This document shows positions 48,406 through 60,478 of a DNA stretch of 64,000 bases, piece after piece; within the stretch, counting starts at the first letter, position 1; each line of letters begins with the position of its first letter. The notes below the pieces were generated by a model. The model ran no database searches, was not told where the DNA came from, and saw only the letters and a program-made list of their open reading frames with translations. The stretch is taken from assembly GCA_010093815.1 (NCBI GenBank), contig ML996570.1. One strand, written 5' to 3'. Made by a program: the position numbers and the translations under genes. This DNA is from Pseudovirgaria hyperparasitica. Its lineage: Eukaryota.

Positions 48406-50466
48406 TCATCCCTTACCAAAGGCTAATTTGAGCTGACCTTTAAGCCTTCCACTTTTTGTGCTGTTGGTTGGGCGTCCTCGAGTCTTGGTCTTGGCCAGAC
48501 TGGATTTGCCGGGGTGACTCGAGCTCTTTTGCGTGACTCGGTCCTCCTGTCTTATCTGCTCAGAGAGATCTTTGGCCATGTGCCAGTCCTCATGCTCTGC
48601 TTGTCCGTCGGCAGGTAGGCGAACAGAACATCTAGTGCACAGAATAGTATTGGATGATTGCTGACGACATCTAGATTCATGTGTAGGCGAGCACTCCTGC
48701 TTCGATAAGGTAGGTAATGTAATAGCTGACGTCGGATGTGCTTCATCACCCTGGGTGATACCGCGAATATAGCCTTGATGGGCGGCTTCGCTTTCATACC
48801 CATCCAAATCACTGTCACCAAGCTCATGACGGTCCTCATCACCAGAAGAATGTGCAATTTCAGGATGAGCATCGTGTCTACCATGGCCATGGAAGAAATC
48901 CTGGATTTTTCCAGAAACGTCCTCAGTCTTCCTCCTTTTTGACGGGGCGACAAGATGACGACCGCGTAAATTCTGTCGTTCGCTATCATTCATGGCCTTA
49001 GCTTCCTCTCCTCGCACGAGGAAGTTGCCGATGCCATGATTGTTCGTAACACCATCCTCGAATCCAGCTACGCTCAACGAGAGGTTTGCGCACGGCCAGG
49101 CGCGACCATCGGCAACAATTTGGGCGAAAAGGTGCTTCCCAAGGTTGAACAGAACCTCCTCACTGATTGGCTTACCCAGTGGTATGGGCGCCTGCTTCGA
49201 CCGAGTTTGCGCACCGGTACGGTGGTGTAAGTTGATGGTTTTGGGTCGCCTTTTGTTTTCGAGTACGCCTTCTTCGACGCAACGAGAGAAAATATCAGCG
49301 ACAAAGATCCGCAGCCAGCGCACACCTTGCTCGAAATTGTTGATGGACGGTCGGAAAGACTTTGCAGATAACATGCTCTTGATCTGTGTGCGCGGATTGA
49401 CTTCACTGTAATCCTCGCCCCTGATGACGCTGTATAGCCATGTTCCAGTGTCATCTCCAAGCCGTTTGAGCTGCTCTAGAGAGACGTCGAGCAAGTCCTT
49501 CACCATATCGGTCTGGAACATGGCGACTGTCTCGTCGCCTAGCTTGCCGCCCAGGTTGCGGATCTTTGTAAACTTGAAGCCGCTAAGAAACTGCTGCACT
49601 GCCCGGTTTCGAATAATTGTCTGCTGGTTTGGTTTCTTGTGAGCAGAACCAAGTTTCGCCAACATTTTGTTTCTCGAAAGGCCTGCGGAACAGGTGTAAT
49701 GAAGTTTCTGTCGAATTGCTGCTCTGACTGACCTGACAATCTCAGAGCCAATCAGCAAGCAGATGTCGTCCCAATCTGGATCCTCCTCTTCTGTCTCGGC
49801 GTCATCTAGGTCCACTAAGGCATCTGTGTTCCAGTCAAGAGCAGTTGTTGGGGGTTGAGGGAGGTGTTCCGTTGGGTCGTCGTATGGTGGTGGGCCCTCT
49901 AGTTCGGGATACCTCTCAAGCAAGATGCCATGTATCTGCGCTGAAAGATCCAAGAAGACCTCATCGACACTGGCTTTCTCCACCCTTTGCACTGGAGATC
50001 CAGGAAGAGCATCTTTGATCGTCTGTAGAATCCTTCTGGATTCCATTCTGTATGGATCCAAGGAGACCTTATGAGTGGCGATGTGCTTGAAGGCTTCTTC
50101 ATGATACGCCCATTTCTCGTCTCCTTCTTTCCATGTAGCTACATGCTGCATTATAAGGTCTGGACATAGCTTTTTTGCTTCTGTCATGGTTATATGCCTA
50201 TTCAGACCATATTCACGAGCCGGATAGTTGATGGCTATCAGGCCTTGCCATTGCTGAACAGCTAAGGGCTGATCCTCTGGTATGCCCAGACGGACCATCT
50301 CACACTGTGCATAGAAGGCATCAAGATCTATGTGTGCTATGACGCGTAAAGGACAGGCTGTTGATGAGAGGGCGAGTTGATTAAGGTGACGGAAGGTGAA
50401 GACAGACTTGCGGGTGCGACCAGTGCTTGTCAACGGGGAGGATTGGTACGGTTGCGAGGACGACAT
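48406..50466 (-). CDS. rad30: DNA polymerase eta (Y-family translesion polymerase)
   Basis: IAHIDLDAFYAQCE, IAINYPAR, KVSLDPYR, VEKASVDEVFLD, SAGLSRNKMLAKL, KSMLSAKSF. UBZ finger CTRC..HEDWH; C-terminal PIP-like QLKLAF. Start MSSSQP at 50466. Confidence 0.95.
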   Translation of the reverse strand: MSSSQPYQSSPLTSTGRTRKSVFTFRHLNQLALSSTACPLRVIAHIDLDAFYAQCEMVRLGIPEDQPLAVQQWQGLIAINYPAREYGLNRHITMTEAKKLCPDLIMQHVATWKEGDEKWAYHEEAFKHIATHKVSLDPYRMESRRILQTIKDALPGSPVQRVEKASVDEVFLDLSAQIHGILLERYPELEGPPPYDDPTEHLPQPPTTALDWNTDALVDLDDAETEEEDPDWDDICLLIGSEIVRSVRAAIRQKLHYTCSAGLSRNKMLAKLGSAHKKPNQQTIIRNRAVQQFLSGFKFTKIRNLGGKLGDETVAMFQTDMVKDLLDVSLEQLKRLGDDTGTWLYSVIRGEDYSEVNPRTQIKSMLSAKSFRPSINNFEQGVRWLRIFVADIFSRCVEEGVLENKRRPKTINLHHRTGAQTRSKQAPIPLGKPISEEVLFNLGKHLFAQIVADGRAWPCANLSLSVAGFEDGVTNNHGIGNFLVRGEEAKAMNDSERQNLRGRHLVAPSKRRKTEDVSGKIQDFFHGHGRHDAHPEIAHSSGDEDRHELGDSDLDGYESEAAHQGYIRGITQGDEAHPTSAITLPTLSKQECSPTHESRCRQQSSNTILCTRCSVRLPADGQAEHEDWHMAKDLSEQIRQEDRVTQKSSSHPGKSSLAKTKTRGRPTNSTKSGRLKGQLKLAFGKG

Positions 50467-50695
50467 CTCGTCAAATGTCCAGGATAGACAGGACACTTCA
50501 TGGCTTGCTGGGGTTATTAGTGAGGCCACCGAGTCTGGTGAAATAATTGAATGGTTCGATCGAGGAACGCGAGCGAATCAGTGGTTGAAGCGCACGGTCC
50601 CACCTTCTTGAGGAAGTAACCGATATTAGCAGACACGGTGGAAGAAGCCTTCTCTCCTACTAACCCCACTTTATGCCGTGAACACAGGAGCCATT

Positions 50696-51759
50696 ATGCC
50701 ATACACATCACTAAAAGCCCCTAAGTTTACTGTAAGGGGGAAAAGTGCCATCATCACTGGGGCTGGATCAGGTAATGTGGAAGTCATCAAGCCACTGAAA
50801 GCGTTGAAGCTAATGCGCGAGCATCATGCAGGAATAAACTTAGCATTCGCAAAATTACTGTTGTCCAAAGGCTGTAATGTCCTCTTCGCAGACATTGCAC
50901 TGCGGCCCGAGGCACAGAATGTCGTAGACGAATATACGCCAACAGGAGAGGCTGGCAAGCCATCTGCTATATTCCTTCCCACCGACGTCACACATTGGGA
51001 CCAATTGAGCAAGATGTTTGAAGTGGCCGAGAAAGAATTCGGACAAATAGACTTGGTCTGCCCTGGTGCTGGCATCTACGAGCCACACAATTCAAACTTC
51101 TGGCATCCCCCCGGTACTCCATTATCAAGAGACCTACCAGATGCTGGCAGATACCTGACGTTAGACATTAACCTCACACACCCGATACGAACGACCCAAC
51201 TGGCAATCTCTTCCTTCCTAAACCCCAAGACAGGTGACAAAGCCAGTATAGCTAATCCAAAACGAATTATCCATATATCTAGTATAGCTGCGCAAGGAGC
51301 GCCCGTGTTCGTGCCGATCTACTCAGCCACGAAGGCAGGGCTAAGCTCCTTCGTCCGTTCCCTGGGTTCTCTGGAACATACGAACGGCATCAGGGTCAAT
51401 GCTGTAGCACCAGGCGTCATCGAGACACCATTATGGAGAGAGCATCCCGAGAAGATGCACATGATAGATGAAAGTGTAAGACACCATCAACTCCTGTTTG
51501 GCATGACTCTCACTACGCGCAGGTGGACGTCTGGGCAACCCCTGAGGAAGTTGCAGAAGCTATGCTGTCATGTGTCGAAAGTGATAATATGGTAGGAGGT
51601 ACAATCCTAGAGGTCGGACACAAGCACACAAGGAGGATACGGCAATACAATGATCCAGGACCAAGTGGAAAGGGCCATACAGCCACCAAGGCACACGTAG
51701 CACAGCAAGAAGTGTACGACTGGCTGAGTCAAGATGGATGGGGCAAGCCCGCGGTCTGA
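50696..51759 (+). CDS. Short-chain dehydrogenase/reductase (15-hydroxyprostaglandin dehydrogenase-like)
   Basis: AIITGAGS|GIN, LFADI (Asp, NAD-type), SSIAA, YSATK, VNAVAPGVIETPLW. Probable 60-nt in-frame intron 1 and an intron near 51476-51523. Confidence 0.88.
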
Positions 51760-52246
51760 TTGCCTGGTGCCATATTAGGGTTGTTGCTTTCTTGAGGCCG
51801 TGTCTTTATATATATCGTCAACGGAGAACAATAGAATGGCTCGCTTTGCAAGGTTGAACAGAGCCATTGTATCCCAACGACTTAGTCAAAAGTAGGCTGC
51901 TGGATTGTGTTTCACGTAATGCGTGAAGTTCTGTTAGGAAATGTAAGGGAGGGCCGGCCAGACTTTGTGCTGACCGCGATGATAACCTTTGCCATATCAT
52001 ATGCTGACTTTTGGCTTCCGGACGATTCCAACTGATTGGATTAGTTAGCCATGCCGATCGGGTGGTGGCCAGGTGGCGGGGCCGACATTTTGACCACCCC
52101 TGACGTCGCGCTATGCTGTTTCTCATCTTTATATGTCTCTGGCTGTCATTCCCAACAAACTCTTACAATCATTTCCCATCATCGCCATTTCCGCACCCAC
52201 ACTTCTACTTCACTACACCACCGATAGAGATATCAACTCGCACAAG

Positions 52247-53459
52247 ATGACTTCTTCTCTTGATCAGCTCAAGTCTGCCGGCACCGTATGTCACTTTGTC
52301 TCACCCTTGCCCCGCCTACCCCGCCACGAAACATTATTCTGGAAGATTTTAGCTTCAGCCGTTACTATTGTTCCAGTAGATCTCGGAGGCTAACACAAAT
52401 CCTGGTTCCATAGACCGTAGTCTGCGATTCGGGAGACTTTGCTACCATTGGCAAATACAAGCCTCAAGATGCTACGACCAACCCGTCCTTGATCCTCGCA
52501 GCTTCGAAGAAACCCGAGTACGCCAAGCTCATCGACGAGGCTGTTGCCTACGGTAAGAGCCATGGGAAGACTCTAGAGGAGCAGGTTGAGTCTACGCTCG
52601 ACAATCTCTTGGTACAATTCGGCAGCGAAATCTTAAAGATTGTCCCCGGCAAGGTGTCGACGGAGGTCGACGCGGCATACTCCTTCTCCGTCGAGGAATC
52701 GGTCAACAAAGCATTGCACATCATCGACGTCAGTAATTGCTTGCCCAATCAATTGTATACGAAATGTTAATATGCTGACTCTGCCATAGCTGTACAAGGA
52801 GAAGGGCGTCTCAAAAGACCGGGTCCTCATCAAGCTTGCGTCGACATGGGAAGGCATCAAGGCCGCGGAAATCCTTCAATCTAAGCATGGAATCAACTGC
52901 AACCTGACTCTCATGTTCTCACTTCCTCAAGCAATTGCTGCTGCGGAAGCCGGTGCTTTCCTCATTTCACCCTTCGTGGGTCGTATTCTCGACTGGTACA
53001 AGGCTACCCACAAGAAGGAATACTCGGCCTCTGAAGACCCCGGTGTCAAGTCAGTCCAGCACATCTTCAACTATTACAAGAAGCACGGCTACAAGACTAT
53101 TGTTATGGGTGCCTCTTTTCGTAGCGTCGGAGAAGTCACAGAACTTGCCGGTTGCGATTACTTGACTATTGCAGTAGGTTGACTGCTTCAGTTTGTACAC
53201 GCGGATACTGACTACATCACAGCCGAACTTGTTGGAGTCTCTATACAACTCCACCGACGCAGTGCCAAAGAAGCTTGATGCCTCAGATGCAACTAATCTT
53301 GACATTCCCAAGAAGAGCTACATCAACAATGAGTCTGCGTTCCGTTTTGCATTCAATGAAGAGCAGATGGCTGTCGAGAAGCTCCGTGAGGGAATTTCCA
53401 AGTTCGCTGCTGACGCGGTCACGCTCAAGGATATTCTGGCGGAAAAAATCAAGGCTTAG
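52247..53459 (+). CDS. tal1: Transaldolase
   Basis: [82 protein letters not shown]; 4 exons. Confidence 0.97.
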
Positions 53460-53938
53460 ACGACTGACGCGTTGAGCACGAAGTACGACGAACTTGAATC
53501 AAATTAGGTCACATATCGTACGGGTATGGCTACCCAAACAGATTGTAGCTCATAGCTCCAAAAACAATTATTTGTATTACAGAGCATTTTTGCAATAGAT
53601 GAGGAGCGAAATACACCATTTGATTTGAAGTAACGAATATAGCCCCCGGCCTTTGTCTGAAGGCGAAATCGAAACGGCGGCTTTTAACATGCTGCTTCCT
53701 CAGCTGTGGCCCACGTGTGATTGGCGGCTTCGGAAGCAGAATGATGCAACCCTCTCATGTCATTCTGTCCCTCATAAAGTGGGGTCGTGCCGGGTGTTGC
53801 CATCTACCAGCTACAAATCTTCCCGGGTTCTTCTTCATTGCAACGATATCAGCTCCTCAAATCAATTGATCTGTCTTGAAATAACAAGAAAGTTCTACAA
53901 ACTCCCTAAGTACATTTCCAGTCCGAAACACCGCCAAA

Positions 53939-54800
53939 ATGGTTAAGGCTGGTAAGTGCACCACTCAGGCCGCGTTCAGGCGAGAGCGGGGCAGCCGTCG
54001 TGAGCTGGATTGAGCACATTCGTGCCCTCAGACTCTCGACAGCAGGCTTATTGGCTCACCATACAATTCTGAGAACAATGTTGGACAGCATCATGTTGCT
54101 ATCCATCATAGGGCTATCCAATGGCAAAGGCCTGTTCATCATGCCCGACTTGGTGCCTGTTTGAATCGTGTGCGGCTGGCTAATCACTTTGTCATAGTCG
54201 CTGTCCTCCGTGGTGACTCTAACGTCAAAGGCACCGTTACTTTCGAGCAAGAGTCCGAGTCTTCGCCCACCACCATCACCTACGACATTTCAGGCAATGA
54301 TGCAAACGCCGAACGAGGAATGCACGTTCACGCTTTTGGTGACAACACCAATGGCTGCACGTCCGCTGGACCTCATTGTAGGTACAGCGAATTTGAAGCT
54401 CATGACCTCGATTGACCGTGGACTTCAGTCAACCCGCACGGCAAAACCCATGGAGCTCCCACTGATTCCGAGCGCCATGTCGGTGACCTAGGCAACTTCA
54501 AGACTGACGGTCAAGGTAACGGCAAGGGAACCATCACTGATCAATTGGTCAAGCTCATCGGCGCTGAAAGCGTCATCGGGGTATGAGCCACGATTAGCCA
54601 TATATTAAAAGCGTCTCTGACCAAGCTAATAGCGGACTGTTGTCGTACATTCCGGCACTGACGATCTCGGCAAGGGTGCAAACGAGGAATCCAAGAAGAC
54701 CGGAAATGCTGGTACTCGCCCAGCTTGTGGTGAGTCGCACAACTATAGGCATCATCCGCCCGGCTAACATCATGTAGGTGTCATCGGAATCTCTTCCTAG
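53939..54800 (+). CDS. sod1: Cu/Zn superoxide dismutase
   Basis: [49 protein letters not shown]..|[33 protein letters not shown]; 5 exons. Confidence 0.97.
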
Positions 54801-55441
54801 AAAGCTCAAGAGTAGTATTTATGTCATGAGCCACCCACGTGATATGCTTTACAGATGAGTAGAACGGGTTGATTAGTATATGAGACAATAGTAGTTATCA
54901 CACAGTTCTCTCTGGGTCCGTGACACGAGCGCTCTTTTCTATAATCGCTCAGTGAAGTTGTCGAGACTCGACTTTGATCAACGTAGCACTTAGTTGGAAT
55001 ATTTGGCTGCAAGGATGGAGACTGCGATGCGCAGTGAGTGAATGTAATCTGCGAAAAGGATGGATGCGATCTGACTTCCGATGAGGGGTAGCTTTGGCTT
55101 TGGCGAAGAGGCCACATTTAATTGATGGATCTAGGATCCGCATAATGGCCGAAGCTATACTCGTCTACATCCGCAGAACCACTACAAACACTCCCTACGG
55201 AAAGCCTACCTGCTCATATCGTTCAATTGAACCCTCGACGGCCTCTATTTTGTGTTCATAAGGAAATCCAGTTTTTTTCTTAAAGCCTCGATTGACAATC
55301 AAGGGCCTTCTGGTGCGCCCTCTCTTCTTCGTACCTAGTATGTCGTGTGCTTCTTCTCTACTTGGATGCCAGTTGAGCTCCGCTACCACTTTTACGTACT
55401 AATGTACCACAATCAAGACACTTCTATCCGATATCGCTACC

Positions 55442-58234
55442 ATGGACGCCGGATTCCAAGCGAAAGTTAAAAGCATTCTCTCCGGAGACACTTTGGTGTT
55501 ACATGCTCTACAGAACTTCAAGCAAGAGCGCATCTTGAGCTTAGCCTACGTTACCGCGCCGCGTCTGAAGAGAGATGGAGATGAGGTTAGTGATCGCGCG
55601 CTACTAGACGATGGCTCGTGACAGTAGATGTGGGAATATACGAGACTGACCGAAGCATACTTAGCCTTTTGCGTTCGAATCTCGAGACTACCTCCGAAAG
55701 GCGCTCGTCGATAAAGTTGTAACTTGTCGCGTCCTCTACACTATTCCTACGTCGAACCGTCAATATGGAGTTGTCGAGCTTGCAAATGGAGCTCGTCTGC
55801 CCGACGATGCTGTTCACGCTGGATGGCTAAAACTTCGCGACGACGCTGGCAGAAAAGACAACGCTGAGGAAACCTCTGCTATGCTCGAGAAGCTCAAGGT
55901 TCTAGAGGCTAGGGCAAAAGCCGAGTCAAGAGGGTTGTGGGCAGAGAATCCGGAAGCTGGCCGAATTGACACAGACTATGAGCTCCCGGATACCAAAGCA
56001 TTTGTCGAGGAATACAAAGGGAAGCCCCTTGACAGTAAGAATATCCTAGGTACTCTCAGCAGGCTATATGATGCTAATTACAAGCAGCGATTGTCGAGAA
56101 AGTCCTTGCTGGCGACCGGCTGATTGCTAGGTTCATGCTTTCGCCTACAAAGCATGTACAAACCATGCTACTCATCGCTGGGATTCGAGCGCCATCAACA
56201 AAGCGTGTAAATCCTTCCGATGGCAAAGAACAGCCAGCAGAGCCTTTTGGAGATGCAGCGCAAGAATGGGTAGACCAGCGGCTAATACAAAGAAGTGTCA
56301 CTGTTGACGTGCTTGGCGTAAGCCCTGCTGGCCAGCTCATTGGTACGGTCAAGCATCGTCAAAGAGGCAGTGTCGCACCGCACATCCTGAGCAGTGGACT
56401 TGCGAGATGCGCCGACCACCATTCTACATTATTGGGAGCTGAGATGGGAGAATTGCGAAAGGCAGAAAAGGCTGCAAAGGACGGCCGTATAGGTGTGTTC
56501 CATGGCCATGTTGCTCCGAAGACAGGTGGCAAGGGGGAGCTTGAAGGCGTGGTGAGCCGAATCTTCAGCGCCGACACTATCTTTTTGCGGACCAAGGAGT
56601 CTGCCGAGGACCGCAGGATCAACATAAGTAGTATCAGGCAGCCTAAGCCTTCGGACCCGAAGCAGGCTCCCTGGGGAGCAGAAGCTAAAGAGTTCCTACG
56701 CAAGCGTCTCGTTGGCAAACACGTTCGGTACACAATTGACGGGAAGCGAGCTGCCACCGATGGGTATGAGGAGCGAGAAGTTGCCACGGTCATATTCAAC
56801 AAGGAGAATGTCGGCAAGATGATGGTCAAGAGCGGCTTTGCCTCTGTGATCAGGCATAGACAAGACGACCCTGACCGGAGCCCTATTTATGATGAACTTT
56901 TGGTTGCCGAAGCGGAGGCGCAGGCCGAAGGAAAGGGCATGTGGAACGCAAAATCACCTGCGGCGAAGCAATACGTTGACTATTCGGAAAGTCTGGAGAA
57001 AGCCAAGCGACAACTCGCGCTGCTATCGCGTCGCAAGAAAGTTGCAGCCGTCGTTGACTTTGTCAAATCGGGCTCCCGCTTCACAGTTCTGATACCCAGT
57101 GAGAATGCCAAAATTACTCTTGTGCTATCCGGGATCAGAGCTCCGAAGTCGGCGAGGAACAAGGACGATAAGGCTGAGCCCTGGGGAAACGAAGCCCACG
57201 AGTTTGCCCACCGCAGGTGTCTCCAACGGGATGTCGAGATTGATGTCGAGGACTGCGACAAGGTTGGTGGGTTTATTGGGACCTTGTTTATCAACCGCGA
57301 AAACTTCACAAAGTTGCTGGTCGAAGAAGGATTGGCATCTGTTCATCAGTACTCCGCCGAGAAATCCGGAAATGCGACCGAGCTCAATGCCGCCGAATCG
57401 AAAGCTAAAGAGCAACGAAAAGGTCTATGGGAGAAATGGGACCCATCTCAAGACGCTGAACTGGAAGCTGTGCCAGAGGCGACGAACGGATCCAATGGTG
57501 ACGCTGTATCGATTGAGCGACGTAAAGACTACCGGGATGTTGTAGTCACTGACATCGGACCTGATGGCAAGCTGAAACTACAACAGGTCGGCACGGGAAC
57601 AGCTGCACTCACAGAACTCATGAACGCTTTCCGATCCTTTCATTTGAACCCTGCGAACAAGGCTCCATTGCCAAATCCCCCCAAAGCTGGAGATTTCGTC
57701 GCTTCTCAATTCTCAGAGGACAAAGAGTGGTACCGTGCCAAGATCCGGCGCAATGACAGGGAGAACAAGAAGGCGGAAGTCGTATACATTGACTACGGCA
57801 ACAGTGAAGTCGTACCATGGTCAAACCTGCGACCCTTGTCCCAAGCCCAATTCTCAACTCAGAAACTGAAGCCTCAAGCCTCCGAAGCCGTGCTCGCTTT
57901 CGTTCAGTTTCCAACCTCGCCAGGGTATCTCAAGGATGCGATTGACTTCCTCTATGAAGTGACTGGGAACAAGCAGCTCGTTGCCAATGTTGACCACACT
58001 GCCGAAGGAACACTGCACGTCACATTGCTTGACCCAAAGCAAGGTACCGCATTCAAGGACAGCATCAATGTCCATGTAGTCGCCGAGGGATGTGCGATGG
58101 TCCCGAAGAAGCTGAAACCATGGGAGCGAGCCGCGACCGATGTGTGGACTGTCCTAAAGCAGGCACAAGACACCGCAAAGGAAGAACGTAAAGGCATGTG
58201 GGAGTATGGTGATATCACCCAGGATGATGACTAA
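55442..58234 (+). CDS. snd1: Tudor staphylococcal nuclease (SND1/p100)
   Basis: AKVKSILSGDTLVL start; four SN repeats (IAGIRAP, SSIRQPK, LSGIRAP); Tudor domain FSEDKEWYRAKI..VVYIDYGNSE; terminal GMWEYGDITQDD; 3 exons. Confidence 0.96.
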
Positions 58235-58751
58235 TTAGAGCATGCAAATGTTTGATGATGAGACGACAGGAATAGCCAGTGGTCACGGCCTACAAAAATT
58301 CGCATAACCAGGCATCAAGGCATTGCATAAAAGTTGTAAGCGCTAATTACATATGGTCCGTAGTTGATTAACCATTCAAGAACATTAAAGTCTTTCAGTG
58401 CGCTTCGTCAGTCGTATTTGTCCAGATGTAAGACGACTATAGTGAGCTGTACTCGCTGCGGGTTGATGAGGCATATATCGTGCGTGTGCGCGTGTTTCAA
58501 GCGTGGTTTATCTTCTGCCTGTCTTTGTGGGGATTGACAGACGGAGTTTAGAGCGAGGCGTGCACGTACCACATGATTGCGTATGCCGCCCAGCCCATTC
58601 ATCTGTCCAGCCTGAGGTGGCTACTACTACCTCTCATGACCTCTTTCATTTCCTTGAAGCTTCATTTTATGTTCTACTGATTCAACCCTCCCTTTACAAA
58701 TACTTCTCTATAGGACTTATACTTTTTCTTCTTCTGCGGCTACCTTCGACC

Positions 58752-60039
58752 ATGTATTGTCGAACTTTGGGCCTCAGTGCCTCTTTGGCGCTGGTCGCTA
58801 ACGCTCTGATCCTGCCACCAAGCGCCGCTTTCGAAGTTACTGATGCGGCAGAAGTCGCTAGTACCTTTCACATTGACCCCAATCACCAGTTCGCAAAGTT
58901 GGAATGCAGGCACTGTCCATATCCAGAGACACTGAACCGTGCAGATGGATCTGGGAGATGGACGTACAGCGTCGAGAATTCGCTGGTGAGCCCTGGACTC
59001 TGGATGGGGCATCTGCCGTGAGAGATCGCTGACAAAGGTCTAGATTTTCGAGTTCAGTACTGGAACAGAACGAGACTCACTATCTATCAACGGTGCCCGG
59101 CTATTTCCTCCTGTCTTTGGCACTGTACCTGAACCTATGTATGTTGATCAAATCCCGAACAACATCGAGGTGTCCACATTCATAAACGCCGAAAAACACG
59201 ATGCTGGTATTAAGCTTCAGGTTACTGGGTACGAGTTTCGTTTCGATTCCGCCCAGACTATATCTGAGAACGGTAATGAGCTCCTCCCGATGACTCTCAG
59301 CATCCACTCGGTCGAGCATATTGCCATTCCTCCGCAGACTATACGAATATTCCTTATCAAGGATGTTGAAGGTCATCTGGCCATCGTGTCTGTTAATCGA
59401 GCAGATGAAACAGATCATCATGCTGAAGATCAAGGGTCTCATCCAGGGTTGGGGGAGTGTCATAACTGGTCAGTGGTGTGCCAAATCAAGGCACTGCTCA
59501 AATCTAAGAAACACGGATTTGCGGCATCACCTAACAGACCAGGCTGTCCTAAGATGATGGGACGTCCACACAACATCAATACCCATGAGACACGTCCACC
59601 ATACATGCACGGAAAGCCCCATCATACTATGCAGCCAACCCATGAACACAGCGGGGATCACCGTCACCATCACCACCACCACCACCACCACCATCGCCAC
59701 GGAAAGATGTCTCACTTTATGCACATGCTAGGTCGGACTTTGTTCAGAGTGCTTGTGCCAATCCTAGTGGGTATTGCTGCTGGCCTTGCTACCTACCTTG
59801 TCGGCATGGTCATCGGTATGAGTGTTGCCTTGATGTGGCTCAAGATACGAGGTCGAGGCTACCAACGAGTTCTTGCCGATGAGGAAGATGTTGCTGATAA
59901 CATGATCAAGCAAGAGAAGTCTGCCTACATTGCCGAAGACATTGCTGAGGTTGAAGGCGAAGCTCCCCCAGCTTATCACGATGTTGAAGAGAAGGAAGTT
60001 GTTGAGGCAGACAATGGTGCGAAAACTTGTCGTATCTAG
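58752..60039 (+). CDS. Type I membrane protein: signal peptide, His-rich juxtamembrane segment, cytosolic PPxY motif; function unknown
   Basis: MYCRTLGLSASLALVANAL signal; intron ~58986-59043; HRHHHHHHHHHRH; TM VLVPILVGIAAGLATYLVGMVIGMSVALMW; acidic tail EAPPAY. Confidence 0.82.
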
Positions 60040-60478
60040 AACTGAGCTAGCCGCTGAGATGTTCAATTCTCGGGTAAGTGTTTCCAAACAAGCGACCACG
60101 GTCGACGTCCCTTGCAACGGTGCTTGAGATGCGTTGTACCAGAGAGGAGAGAAGCGTATTCACACAGTAGACTACATTAAGCAAGAATGAATCTGAATCG
60201 GGGTTTATCAATAGCGGTTCTTCCTTAGACAATTGAAAGCACGTTTCAAGTTTCAAAAAGTGATATTCAGATAGTGAACAAGGCAGTATGATTGGATGGG
60301 CAACAGTGATAATAGGGTGGTCCATTCATCAGGTGAATAGGTGATTTTCTCAATAGCCCAGGCCTCCGATGTCTGATCCTGCTCTTATATAACCTTACCC
60401 TTTGAATTCCCTGTGGATTTTTCTTTGGATCCCATCACCACTTCAATCGCCACACCCTGTGGCCAAAAAGCATATCGC

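Noticed and set aside
36080..54800. Cryptic peroxisomal PTS1 by stop read-through in the dehydrogenase, the 37771 SDR, tal1 and sod1
   Set aside because: The read-through extensions checked by eye do not end in SKL-like tripeptides and lack the TGA-CTA context.
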